Under the pieces are notes generated by a model. It saw only the letters and a program-made list of their open reading frames with translations, made no database searches and was not told where the DNA came from. The translations under genes were made by a program, and so were the position numbers. Below, in pieces: positions 19,223 through 28,012 of a stretch of 64,000 bases of DNA. Positions within the stretch are counted from its first letter, which is position 1; every line of letters starts with the position of its first letter. The stretch is taken from IMG/VR virus record IMGVR_UViG_3300022822_000017, positions 3,839 to 67,838 of that record, one strand, 5' to 3'. Source of the DNA: a virus.

Positions 19223-20926
19223 ATGAATATAGGGTTCAGCAAAATCATAGAGTGGAACACATCTAAATCCACTACTACAAGTTTTAATACTTCTAGGAAT
19301 ACTAGTACTAGCTACATTACAACTAATGTTACAGCTACTACTTGGAGTACATCTAAGTCTACTACTACTGATTATGTTACCTCACATTCAACTCAGACTA
19401 ATGTTCCTACATCTAGGTCTACAACTACAACTTATAACACATCTAAGTCAACAACAACTACCTACATTACAACTAGGTCTACAACAACAAGCTATAATAC
19501 TAGTCACAGTACAACTACTACCTTTGATACAACTATTTCAACAGTTGTAACATGGATTACTAGTCACAGTACTAATACAGTGTACAACACTACTAAAAAC
19601 ACTAGTACTACTTATAACACATCAAGAGCTACTAATACAACTTTTAGTACTTCTAAATCTACTACCACTACTTTCAGTACTACTGTGAGTACTAGCACTA
19701 GTTATCTTACTTCTAGAGCTACTACCACATCATGGAACACAAGTAAAAGTACTACCACTGTTTATAATACAAGCAGAAATACTACTACTACTTATGAGAC
19801 TTCTAAGGCTACCACAACAACATGGTCTACAAATAGGTCTACATCAGTATCACAGTCTACATCAAGGTCTACCACAACCACATATAACACTAGTAAAAGC
19901 ACTACAACTACTTACAATACCAGTAGAGCTACTACTACAACATACAGTACCAGTAAATCAACTGTTACAACATACAATACAAATCATAGCACCACTACTA
20001 CTTTTAACACAAGTATTGCTACTACAACAACTTGGAATACACTTAGGTCTACAAGCACTACTTACAATACAAGTAAGATAACTAACAGTAGCTTTAACAC
20101 TAGTAGAACTACTACAACTAACTTTACAACTAGTAAGAGTACAACTACCACTTGGATTACTAGTAGGGCTACTACAACAACATATAACACTAGCCATAGT
20201 ACTACCACTACATGGAATACTTCTTACAATACAGTTACTACTTATAATAGTAGCACAAGTTTTACTACTACTTGGAGTACAAATAGAAGTACAGCAAAAT
20301 CTCATAGTACAAGTAAAAGTACTACAACTACCTGGAGTACATCAAAATCCACTACTACTACTTGGAATACTAGCAAGAGTACTACTACTACTTATAATAC
20401 TTCAACAAGTACTATAACAAACTACAATACTTCTCACAGTACTACAACTACTTTTAACACAAGTATAAGTACAGTGACTACATACAACACATCTAGGTCT
20501 ACAACCTGGAATACAAATGTATCTACAAATACTTCTTTTAGTACTACTAGGACAACAGGTACAACTTTTAATACAAGTAGAAGTACAAATACAACTTGGA
20601 TAACATCTAAAAGTACAACTACTACTTATTACACTAGTCACAGTACTACTAAGAGTACTAATAGTATGAGAAATACTAGTAGACTTACTAATGTAAGTAC
20701 TACTACAAGCTATAATACCCTTGTAGATACTACAACTACTTATATTACATACTATAATGTAATAACTAGTTGGAACACAACAAGGTCAACAACTACTACT
20801 TACAATACAACTACTGGTAGAAGTACTAGTTGGGTTACATCAAGAAGTACAACAACAACTTATGACACTTCTGGAGGAGGAGGAGGAAATTATGACCCAT
20901 CACCACCATTCCCATCTCCATCATAA
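19223..20926 (+). CDS. Thr/Ser decapeptide-repeat protein A (54 repeats)
   Basis: 11-aa leader + 52 decamers xT(S/T/N)(K/R/H)STTTT(Y/F/W) + 2 octamers + 20-aa Gly/Pro tail = 567 aa. Confidence 0.9.
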   Translation: MNIGFSKIIEWNTSKSTTTSFNTSRNTSTSYITTNVTATTWSTSKSTTTDYVTSHSTQTNVPTSRSTTTTYNTSKSTTTTYITTRSTTTSYNTSHSTTTTFDTTISTVVTWITSHSTNTVYNTTKNTSTTYNTSRATNTTFSTSKSTTTTFSTTVSTSTSYLTSRATTTSWNTSKSTTTVYNTSRNTTTTYETSKATTTTWSTNRSTSVSQSTSRSTTTTYNTSKSTTTTYNTSRATTTTYSTSKSTVTTYNTNHSTTTTFNTSIATTTTWNTLRSTSTTYNTSKITNSSFNTSRTTTTNFTTSKSTTTTWITSRATTTTYNTSHSTTTTWNTSYNTVTTYNSSTSFTTTWSTNRSTAKSHSTSKSTTTTWSTSKSTTTTWNTSKSTTTTYNTSTSTITNYNTSHSTTTTFNTSISTVTTYNTSRSTTWNTNVSTNTSFSTTRTTGTTFNTSRSTNTTWITSKSTTTTYYTSHSTTKSTNSMRNTSRLTNVSTTTSYNTLVDTTTTYITYYNVITSWNTTRSTTTTYNTTTGRSTSWVTSRSTTTTYDTSGGGGGNYDPSPPFPSPS

Positions 20927-20947
20927 AATTAAATTAAAAGAAACAAC

Positions 20948-21556
20948 ATGGCAATAGATCAGACATATTATAAAATGGGAGATGTTACTACTACTAATCA
21001 TCTTACTTCTCCTAATACAAAAAATATTAATGCTTGGTACAAAGAGTGGAAACCTCTTTTAGATGCAAGTGTATTTGATGCTTACATAGTAGGAAATGTG
21101 GCTGAAAAAATATTTGGTAAATCTATTATACCTACAGTAGATTTTGATGTAGCTTTGCTAGGAGACATAGCAGAGGATTATGAAAGCTTAAAAGTGTTAA
21201 TGGATGAAGCTGTAAGAATAGGTTTTGACAACAAATTTTTAGTTGATATATTTCACAATGATGCTTTGTTAGACATACAGAATTTTAAGCCTATTGTTCA
21301 GATAAGACAGTTTAATCATTTTAAAAGGTCTAATGCTGATGGCTCAAACAAAAAAGAATACAAAGTAGAAGGTAAAGACCTTGAAGAAATTTATGGTGGG
21401 ATGGTTAAAGCAACCTATACTAATACTGATATTATTCCTGTTAGTTGTTATAAAGCAAGAGCAAGGTTTAAAGATGGAGACTACATTGGAATACAAATAA
21501 ATGTAAAAGATGCATTTGATGCAGATGACAACCTTTTGGGTAAAGAATTAATTTAA
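20948..21556 (+). CDS. putative nucleotidyltransferase-fold protein
   Basis: AYIVGNVAE...PTVDFDVAL...FLVDIF (G...DxD...D spacing). Confidence 0.55.
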   Translation: MAIDQTYYKMGDVTTTNHLTSPNTKNINAWYKEWKPLLDASVFDAYIVGNVAEKIFGKSIIPTVDFDVALLGDIAEDYESLKVLMDEAVRIGFDNKFLVDIFHNDALLDIQNFKPIVQIRQFNHFKRSNADGSNKKEYKVEGKDLEEIYGGMVKATYTNTDIIPVSCYKARARFKDGDYIGIQINVKDAFDADDNLLGKELI

Positions 21557-21573
21557 GATAAAAAGAAAAGAAT

Positions 21574-23208
21574 ATGCCTAATACTTCCCATTCTACTACA
21601 ACTTCTTGGAACACTTCAAGAACTACTTATGTTGTTACTAACACAAGTCATACTACAACTACAAGTTGGAGTACAAGTAAAAGTACAGGTTATTCTAGGT
21701 CTACATCTAAAATTACTAATGAAAGTTATAGTACTTCAAAAAGCACTGTTACAACATGGTCTACAACTGTTTCAACAGCTGTACCAGTAAACACACAAAA
21801 GACAACTACATATTATACTTCTAAAAGTACTATTACAAATTATTCAACTAGTTTAACAACTACCACAACTTATGGTACATCAAGAAGTACCACTACAACT
21901 TTTGCAACTTCAAAGAGTACAGTAACTGTAAGGTCTACTTCAAGAACTACTACTTTTGCTACAACTAGAAGTACAAGTACTACCTGGTCAACCTCTAGAA
22001 GTACTACAACAACTTACATAACTACTAGGGCTACTACTACTACTTATGCCACAAGTAAGGCTACAACAACTACTTTTGCTACTAGCCAGAGTACAACAAC
22101 AACTTTTAATACCAATAAGTCAACTACAACTACTTATACCACTAATTATAATGTTATAACTAGTTTTAATACATCAAGGTCTACTACTGTAACTAATTCT
22201 ACAACAAAGAATACCTCTACTTATCATAGTACTAACAGAAGTACCACAACTACTTATAATACTGCTAGGTCAACTACAACTAGTTGGGCAACAAGTAAAT
22301 CCACTACTACTACATTCCTTACATCTAGTAGCTGGACAACTACTTTTAGTACTATAACAAATTTTACAACTACTTATAATACTTCTCATAATACTAACAC
22401 AACTGTTAGTACCTCAAGAAGTACTAATACAACCTGGTCTACTACTAGAAGCACAGTTACCACATACAATACTAATCACAGTACAGTGACAAGTTATAAC
22501 ACTAATCATAGTACTACAACAACATTTGCTACAAGTCATAGCACTACTACCACTTATGCTACTAACCATGCAACTACAACTACATGGACAACTACATACA
22601 ATAGAATAACTAGTTTTGATACAAGCAAGTCAACTACTACAACATATAATACTTCTCACACTACCTCTACTACTTTTAGTACTAATCACAGTACTACTAC
22701 TACATGGAGCACTAGTCAAAGTACTATAACTAATTACAGTACAAGTCATGCTACAAATACATCTTGGTTAACTGACAGAAGCACAACCACAACTTGGAAC
22801 ACTACTTCTTCTATTACCACTACTTATAACACTAGTCATACAACTGTAACTACTTATAATACCAATCATAGTACAGTTACTAACTATTCTACAAGTAGTT
22901 CAAGAAACACTACATGGTCTACACAGAGAAGTACTACAACTACTTACTCAACAAGCCATATTACATTAACAAACTATAATACTAACCATAGCACAACTAC
23001 CACATACAGTACATCAAAAAGTACTACAACCACATACAACACATTAAAAGCAACAACTACTAGTTATAACACAACTTACAATACCACTACTACATTTAGT
23101 ACAAGTACATCTAAGTTGACAAACTATTCTACTAGTCATAGCACAACAACAACCTGGTCTACCAGTAGATCTACAACAACTACTTTTACAACAACATGGT
23201 ATGTTTAA
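21574..23208 (+). CDS. Thr/Ser decapeptide-repeat protein B (54 repeats)
   Basis: MP + 52 decamers + 2 octamers + TTTWYV = 544 aa. Confidence 0.9.
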   Translation: MPNTSHSTTTSWNTSRTTYVVTNTSHTTTTSWSTSKSTGYSRSTSKITNESYSTSKSTVTTWSTTVSTAVPVNTQKTTTYYTSKSTITNYSTSLTTTTTYGTSRSTTTTFATSKSTVTVRSTSRTTTFATTRSTSTTWSTSRSTTTTYITTRATTTTYATSKATTTTFATSQSTTTTFNTNKSTTTTYTTNYNVITSFNTSRSTTVTNSTTKNTSTYHSTNRSTTTTYNTARSTTTSWATSKSTTTTFLTSSSWTTTFSTITNFTTTYNTSHNTNTTVSTSRSTNTTWSTTRSTVTTYNTNHSTVTSYNTNHSTTTTFATSHSTTTTYATNHATTTTWTTTYNRITSFDTSKSTTTTYNTSHTTSTTFSTNHSTTTTWSTSQSTITNYSTSHATNTSWLTDRSTTTTWNTTSSITTTYNTSHTTVTTYNTNHSTVTNYSTSSSRNTTWSTQRSTTTTYSTSHITLTNYNTNHSTTTTYSTSKSTTTTYNTLKATTTSYNTTYNTTTTFSTSTSKLTNYSTSHSTTTTWSTSRSTTTTFTTTWYV

Positions 23209-23232
23209 ATTATTTATTATCTTAGCACAGAA

Positions 23233-23805
23233 ATGGATACAATAAAAGATAGAATAACTTGGTTACAAGGAGAAGATAAAAAGTACAGTAAGCTTTATTC
23301 TTCTGGATATCCTCATGGGGGACCTATGGGATTAGTAACAGTCTTTGATATTCCCAAAGAAAAAAAGTGTATAGATTTAGGATGTGGATTAGGAGAATTG
23401 AGTAAACACTTTACAGACTACACAGGAGTGGATGTCTCTAGCTGGGTTATAGGCTCAAACAAACAAAGAAAAATTAATGGTACTTACTACCATGCTTCTT
23501 TAGATAATCTAACTTGTATAAACAAGAACCAATATGATGTAGGTATCTGTTCAGATGTAATGGAGCATATCCCTGAAGAAAAAGTAGGAGTTATTTTAAA
23601 AAGTATATCTTTGTTAAAAGTAGGAACTTTTTATTTTGACATAGCTCTTCTGCCAAGTTCTAATGTAGATGAAGAAGGAAAAAATTTACACCTTACTCTT
23701 TGGAAACAAGAAAGATGGGTAGAAGAACTAAAAAAGTATTTTAAATTAAAAGAAGGTAAAATTTGTGAAGGAAGTCTTAGAGTAAGTTGTACCTTGAAAC
23801 AATAA
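23233..23805 (+). CDS. class I SAM-dependent methyltransferase
   Basis: CIDLGCGLG (motif I), YTGVDVS, CSDVMEHIP. Confidence 0.9.
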   Translation: MDTIKDRITWLQGEDKKYSKLYSSGYPHGGPMGLVTVFDIPKEKKCIDLGCGLGELSKHFTDYTGVDVSSWVIGSNKQRKINGTYYHASLDNLTCINKNQYDVGICSDVMEHIPEEKVGVILKSISLLKVGTFYFDIALLPSSNVDEEGKNLHLTLWKQERWVEELKKYFKLKEGKICEGSLRVSCTLKQ

Positions 23806-23829
23806 TTATTAATAATTAAAAACAGAAGT

Positions 23830-24231
23830 ATGAATGCACAAACAATTATTTTAATTATCCTAGGATTAGGATTTTTTATTACAGCACTACTAGTGCTAAA
23901 GAAAAGAAAACCACAAAGTATTAATGTTACAACAACCACTAAAGCAGTAGCTACAACTACAGTAAAGCCTAGTGATGTTGATCCAAGTGATGTTAAACCA
24001 AGTGATCCAATTGCTACTACAACTACAACTACAAAGGCACCACAACCTAGTCCTAGCATTGATGCTACTAGATACAAGCCTAACCCTAGACCAAAGAAGA
24101 ATCCAGCTCCAAAAAAGAAACCAAATCCAAGACCTAAAAAAGAAGCAGTTAAAGTTGCACCTAAGAAGGTTGTTAGAAAGGTTAAAGAAGAGCCTAAAGC
24201 AAAACCAAGAAAACCTAAAGCTAAAAAATAA
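23830..24231 (+). CDS. membrane-anchored Thr-rich, Pro/Lys-rich protein
   Basis: N-terminal hydrophobic helix followed by KKRK; Thr runs; KP-rich basic tail. Confidence 0.7.
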   Translation: MNAQTIILIILGLGFFITALLVLKKRKPQSINVTTTTKAVATTTVKPSDVDPSDVKPSDPIATTTTTTKAPQPSPSIDATRYKPNPRPKKNPAPKKKPNPRPKKEAVKVAPKKVVRKVKEEPKAKPRKPKAKK

Positions 24232-24239
24232 GTTACAAT

Positions 24240-25148
24240 ATGGAAATGTTTGACCAAAAAGTTCTTAAAGAGAGGATTGGAGAACTTAAGAAAAGTAATA
24301 ACCTAAAGACATTAGAACCTGTAGAAAGGTATTTACTTGAAAAGTTAAAGAAGACTGGTGTGAAAGCCAACTATGATGTATTGTGTGAGGAGATGCCTTA
24401 CTTTGATACAATAGGTTACACAGAGTATGCAACCAACTTTATTATGTCCCCACTTAATCTAAAGATGAAAGAAGACATGATGAGGGATGCAGAGCAGGAT
24501 ACAGATGAATATGAAATATTAGATTATGCATCTCATTTTGCTGATAACATTAAGAATAATTTAGCTAATAAATACAAAGACAGATTATCTGACTTTGATG
24601 GATACAAAGAGGTTACAGCTTTAGTAGTTTTACCAGGGTCTAATAAACTAAAGTCAGCTGTTTGTATCAACAAGTTAAAAGAGATAAAGAGATTGTATGG
24701 TGATGATGTTTATTTTAAACCTCACCCACTTACAACACATGCTTTCATTGGTGAGTTGAAAGACTTATTTGGTGAGAACAGTATATTACCTAGAGAGATT
24801 GATTTGTATTATTTCCTAGCAAAAGTAGATAAGGTCTACACAACCCACATAAGTGAAAGTGCAGTTTATGCCATAGCTTTGGGTAAGAAGATTGAGCCTA
24901 TTGATGTTTACAATGAAATAAGACAAGGATCTTTTTACAGTATAAATGTAGGTCTTTTTGAAAATCAATATGAAGGCAAAGAGTGGATTAACAAAGTCTT
25001 CTCAAGTCCAAAGTCAGGAGTGATAAATCCTAATCTTGATAAAGATTGGAAAAAGAAAGTAGATTTATATTTAGAATACATTTTAGAAAAAAGGGAAATG
25101 TATAAAGATTGGTACATAGACAGTAGAGTACCAAAAGAAAAAAAGTAA
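24240..25148 (+). CDS. putative GT-B glycosyltransferase-like protein (KpsS/KpsC, sialyl/Kdo-transferase-like)
   Basis: VYFKPHP motif followed by VDKVYTTHISESAVYAIALGKKI, the layout of CMP-sugar-utilising GT-B C-terminal domains. Confidence 0.55.
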   Translation: MEMFDQKVLKERIGELKKSNNLKTLEPVERYLLEKLKKTGVKANYDVLCEEMPYFDTIGYTEYATNFIMSPLNLKMKEDMMRDAEQDTDEYEILDYASHFADNIKNNLANKYKDRLSDFDGYKEVTALVVLPGSNKLKSAVCINKLKEIKRLYGDDVYFKPHPLTTHAFIGELKDLFGENSILPREIDLYYFLAKVDKVYTTHISESAVYAIALGKKIEPIDVYNEIRQGSFYSINVGLFENQYEGKEWINKVFSSPKSGVINPNLDKDWKKKVDLYLEYILEKREMYKDWYIDSRVPKEKK

Positions 25149-25204
25149 AGAAGTAATTTAATAAAGTACCCCCTAGTGACAGCAACAAATATAAATCCCA
25201 GGGA

Positions 25205-25777
25205 ATGACAACATTTGTACACACATTAAAACAAGCAACTATGGAAGGATTCTCCTTGTACATACAGTACTTTATTAAATTGTTTCTCAGTATTAAGCTT
25301 TTTGCAACCCCAAGTGGGATGGTATCTGGGATTTCAGTAACTACTGTATTATTATTAAGTTCAGTTCAACAGTCAATACTTCTGTTATTAGGACTATTTA
25401 TGTTAGACTTTGCAACAGGTATAGCAGCTTCAATAAAAGAACAAGTAGATTACAGAAAAAAGAACCCTGACTTTCCTAAGAACAATTTTGTATCCTCTGA
25501 AAAACTAAAGCTGTCACTAGTTAAACTCTTTACATATACTACTGTAATATTATCAGTAAATGGTATAGAAACTATCTTCAAAATAAAAACATTTTCTTTT
25601 CCTAGCATTACAACACATAATTATTCTATCACTTTAATTGTGATAGGAGTGTGTACTACAATAGAATTTTACTCTATCTTCTTTGAGAACTTCAAAAGGA
25701 TGGGGTTTGACATTATTAGTGGTATTACTAAAACTGTCAAGGCTGCTAAAAAAGTTTATGATGAAGTAAAAAAATAA
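25205..25777 (+). CDS. holin-like membrane protein
   Basis: Several hydrophobic helices; LDFATGIAAS...SEKLKLSLVKLFTY...EFYSIFFENFKRMG; precedes the putative lysin. Confidence 0.7.
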   Translation: MTTFVHTLKQATMEGFSLYIQYFIKLFLSIKLFATPSGMVSGISVTTVLLLSSVQQSILLLLGLFMLDFATGIAASIKEQVDYRKKNPDFPKNNFVSSEKLKLSLVKLFTYTTVILSVNGIETIFKIKTFSFPSITTHNYSITLIVIGVCTTIEFYSIFFENFKRMGFDIISGITKTVKAAKKVYDEVKK

Positions 25778-25781
25778 AACA

Positions 25782-26387
25782 ATGGCAACAAAAGTAAAAA
25801 GTTACACAGATAAAGAACTCCTTGACAGAATGAAAAGCTTAGATAGCTTTACTCACATGCCAGAGTCACACCACATAATTGCATTAAGAAGCAAAGAAGA
25901 TGTGGCAGACAGGTATGATGATAAACTCTATCTGTTTAAAGGAGAGAAGTTTGTCTCAGTAATGAGTTGTACAACCAACAGTGGTAAGTATGGCTTATTA
26001 AACTTTATGAAGTGGAATAAGAAAGGCACTGCTGTAATTAAATTTGATGAAGTATATTATGATACTTTCATGAAATCTGATGGGGACTGTGTTAGACACC
26101 ACAATAGTAAGATGCCATGTCTAAGACAAATGGGTCCTATGAAGTATTATAGAGACAACAACAAAGACTTAAAGATAGATGAAGCTGGAGAAGTATTTGA
26201 AGCTAACAATAGTACCAATATACATGGGAACTCTTATGTAGCAAAGAAAGGAATAATTTCCTGGACAATTGGTAAATGGGGTACAGGATGCATAGTTGTA
26301 AATGACCTTACAAAATACTTTGAAGTTTTACTGTTAAGAATAAAGTTTAACAAGTTAATTACCTTCACAGGTTTAAAAGAATTTTAA
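25782..26387 (+). CDS. putative endolysin with L,D-transpeptidase-like His/Cys motif
   Basis: TNIHG...WGTGCIV; lies between two holin-like genes. Confidence 0.6.
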   Translation: MATKVKSYTDKELLDRMKSLDSFTHMPESHHIIALRSKEDVADRYDDKLYLFKGEKFVSVMSCTTNSGKYGLLNFMKWNKKGTAVIKFDEVYYDTFMKSDGDCVRHHNSKMPCLRQMGPMKYYRDNNKDLKIDEAGEVFEANNSTNIHGNSYVAKKGIISWTIGKWGTGCIVVNDLTKYFEVLLLRIKFNKLITFTGLKEF

Positions 26388-26389
26388 TT

Positions 26390-26893
26390 ATGAGTGAAAA
26401 CCCAAAGCTAAGAAAGAATGGAGGACCAGGCACCAAGACAGGAAATTTCCTAAGAGGTGTACTAGGTGCTGCTCCTAAACTTATTGACCTTGTTACAGGG
26501 GGTAAGTTCACAGATGCCATTAGTTTAATTTCAGGTTCCCCTACTAATGCAGGGTTATCTGCAGATGAAGCTGACAAGGTGTTTAACATGATACAAGAAG
26601 ATATCAAAGACATACAGAATGCTAGGCAGATGCAAACAGAGATAGCTACTTCTGCTAACTCAACTAAACTAGCTAAAAACTTTGTTTACTATTTAGCTAT
26701 TGGAGTGTTTACATTCTCAGTAGCAGTAGTAATACTTTTATTCTTTAAGGAAGTTCCTGAAAAGAACAAAGATGTAGTAAACTTTATTTTAGGAGTACTC
26801 ATAGGTACAGGTCTAACAGGAATCTTTAACTACTTTTTTGGTAGCTCTAAAGGGTCAAAAGATAAAGCAGACTTACTGTCTGCACTAAAATAA
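26390..26893 (+). CDS. holin-like (3TM-type) membrane protein
   Basis: DIQNARQMQ, two TM helices, NYFFGSSKGS. Confidence 0.7.
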   Translation: MSENPKLRKNGGPGTKTGNFLRGVLGAAPKLIDLVTGGKFTDAISLISGSPTNAGLSADEADKVFNMIQEDIKDIQNARQMQTEIATSANSTKLAKNFVYYLAIGVFTFSVAVVILLFFKEVPEKNKDVVNFILGVLIGTGLTGIFNYFFGSSKGSKDKADLLSALK

Positions 26894-27147
26894 TGGCAAC
26901 TACTACAACAGACAAAGCTATTTTCTCAATGGAATTGAGTAAGTTAATCCCCTTAATTGTGGGATTAATGTTGGCTACAAATACTGTGTCTCTTACAATA
27001 CAAAGACTATCTAACCTAGAGGAGAAAAGTGATTATGACATCAAGGCAACCAAAAGAAGAATAGACAACTCAAGAACAGAGATTAAGTATGAAACAGAGA
27101 TCAAAGATTTAAGGAGAGACTTGAAGCACTGTAAAGAGAAAAGTTAA
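26893..27147 (+). CDS. small membrane-anchored coiled-coil protein (lysis accessory candidate)
   Basis: N-terminal hydrophobic segment plus coiled coil at the end of the lysis cluster. Confidence 0.5.
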   Translation: MATTTTDKAIFSMELSKLIPLIVGLMLATNTVSLTIQRLSNLEEKSDYDIKATKRRIDNSRTEIKYETEIKDLRRDLKHCKEKS

Positions 27148-27161
27148 GATTAAACTGAAAG

Positions 27162-27201
27162 ATAATTAAGGTTCTACAAGCTAGAAGTTTAATTATTTTT
27201 T
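27162..27201 (+). terminator. imperfect hairpin plus T-run after lysis cluster
   Basis: ATAATTAAggTTCTA / TAGAAgtTTAATTAT then TTTTT. Confidence 0.45.
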
Positions 27202-27203
27202 AC

Positions 27204-27211
27204 TAACTTTG
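27204..27211 (+). promoter_or_regulatory. Bacteroidota sigma-A type -7 promoter element
   Basis: TAACTTTG is an exact TAnnTTTG match, a few nt upstream of ATG 27217 and just after a hairpin. Confidence 0.5.
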
Positions 27212-27216
27212 TGTTC

Positions 27217-27999
27217 ATGGAACACAAGGAAATTGGTAGAAAGCTTATTGAGCACTTCAAAGTAATGATATTTGATGAGCCTTCTCACACATACAAAGTA
27301 GCAGGAAAAGGGTTAACACCTGTATCAACTTTCATTAAGAAATTTGTGAAACCTTTTGATGTAGACAAGGTAGCACCTTTCTCTGCAAAGAAAGAAGGAG
27401 TTACAGTAGAAGAGATTAAAGCAAAATGGGACAAGATAAAGAATGAAGCCTGTGACAATGGTACTAAAGTACATGACTTTGGAGAAAGATTTGTAATAGA
27501 TAAATACAAAGTAGAGTCTGATTTAGAATACAGTAGTGTTTTACAACACTTAAAGAATGATGAAAAGTTACAACCTAAGTCAGAAGCCTTAGTAAAGTTT
27601 TGGAAGAAAATGCCAGAACACTACTATCCAGTAGCTTTAGAGCTTAGGATGTTTTGTTTAGAGATGGGCATTGCAGGTACAGCAGATATAATACTTGTGG
27701 ACAAAAGAGATGGTAGTTTAGTTATTGCTGATTACAAAACCAATAAGGATTTGTTTAAACAGTACAAACAACAAAAGTTATTAGGTATCTTTAAGCACAT
27801 GAATGATACTCCTTACAGTAAGTACAAAGTTCAGCTTTCTACTTATCAAATTCTACTAGAAAAGGTAGGATTTAAAGTGAGTAGAAGATTTTTAATTTGG
27901 TTAAAAGAAGATGGGGAATATGAAATATTTGACACCTCTGATATTACCAAAGATATTATAAGCTATTTTAAAGCTAAAGTAGAATATGCAAATTGGTAA
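27217..27999 (+). CDS. PD-(D/E)XK exonuclease
   Basis: GTKVH, ELRMF, IAGTADII, IADYKT, QLSTY; ATG 27217 preferred over GTG 27211. Confidence 0.85.
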   Translation: MEHKEIGRKLIEHFKVMIFDEPSHTYKVAGKGLTPVSTFIKKFVKPFDVDKVAPFSAKKEGVTVEEIKAKWDKIKNEACDNGTKVHDFGERFVIDKYKVESDLEYSSVLQHLKNDEKLQPKSEALVKFWKKMPEHYYPVALELRMFCLEMGIAGTADIILVDKRDGSLVIADYKTNKDLFKQYKQQKLLGIFKHMNDTPYSKYKVQLSTYQILLEKVGFKVSRRFLIWLKEDGEYEIFDTSDITKDIISYFKAKVEYANW

Positions 28000-28012
28000 A
28001 ACATAAAAAGTA

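Noticed and set aside
19326-20081. Alternate-frame Leu/Gln-rich plus-strand ORFs within repeat gene A
   Set aside because: Frame-shifted reading of ACT/ACA codon runs.
19223-23208. CRISPR array, DNA inverted repeat or DGR explanation of the 30-nt periodicity
   Set aside because: Repeats are degenerate at synonymous positions and conserved only as protein; A and B are on the same strand and not reverse complements; no cas or reverse transcriptase gene in the window.
19223-23208. Ice-binding/antifreeze beta-solenoid interpretation
   Set aside because: Not excluded, but the repeats have almost no Gly/Pro turn residues, and an independent solenoid would not explain the mirrored A/B covariation.
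23631-24257. 208-aa minus-strand hydrophobic ORF and other minus-strand ORFs (e.g. 14086-14364, 19958-20305, 48974-49423)
   Set aside because: Antisense shadows of low-complexity or codon-biased plus-strand genes; no independent motifs.
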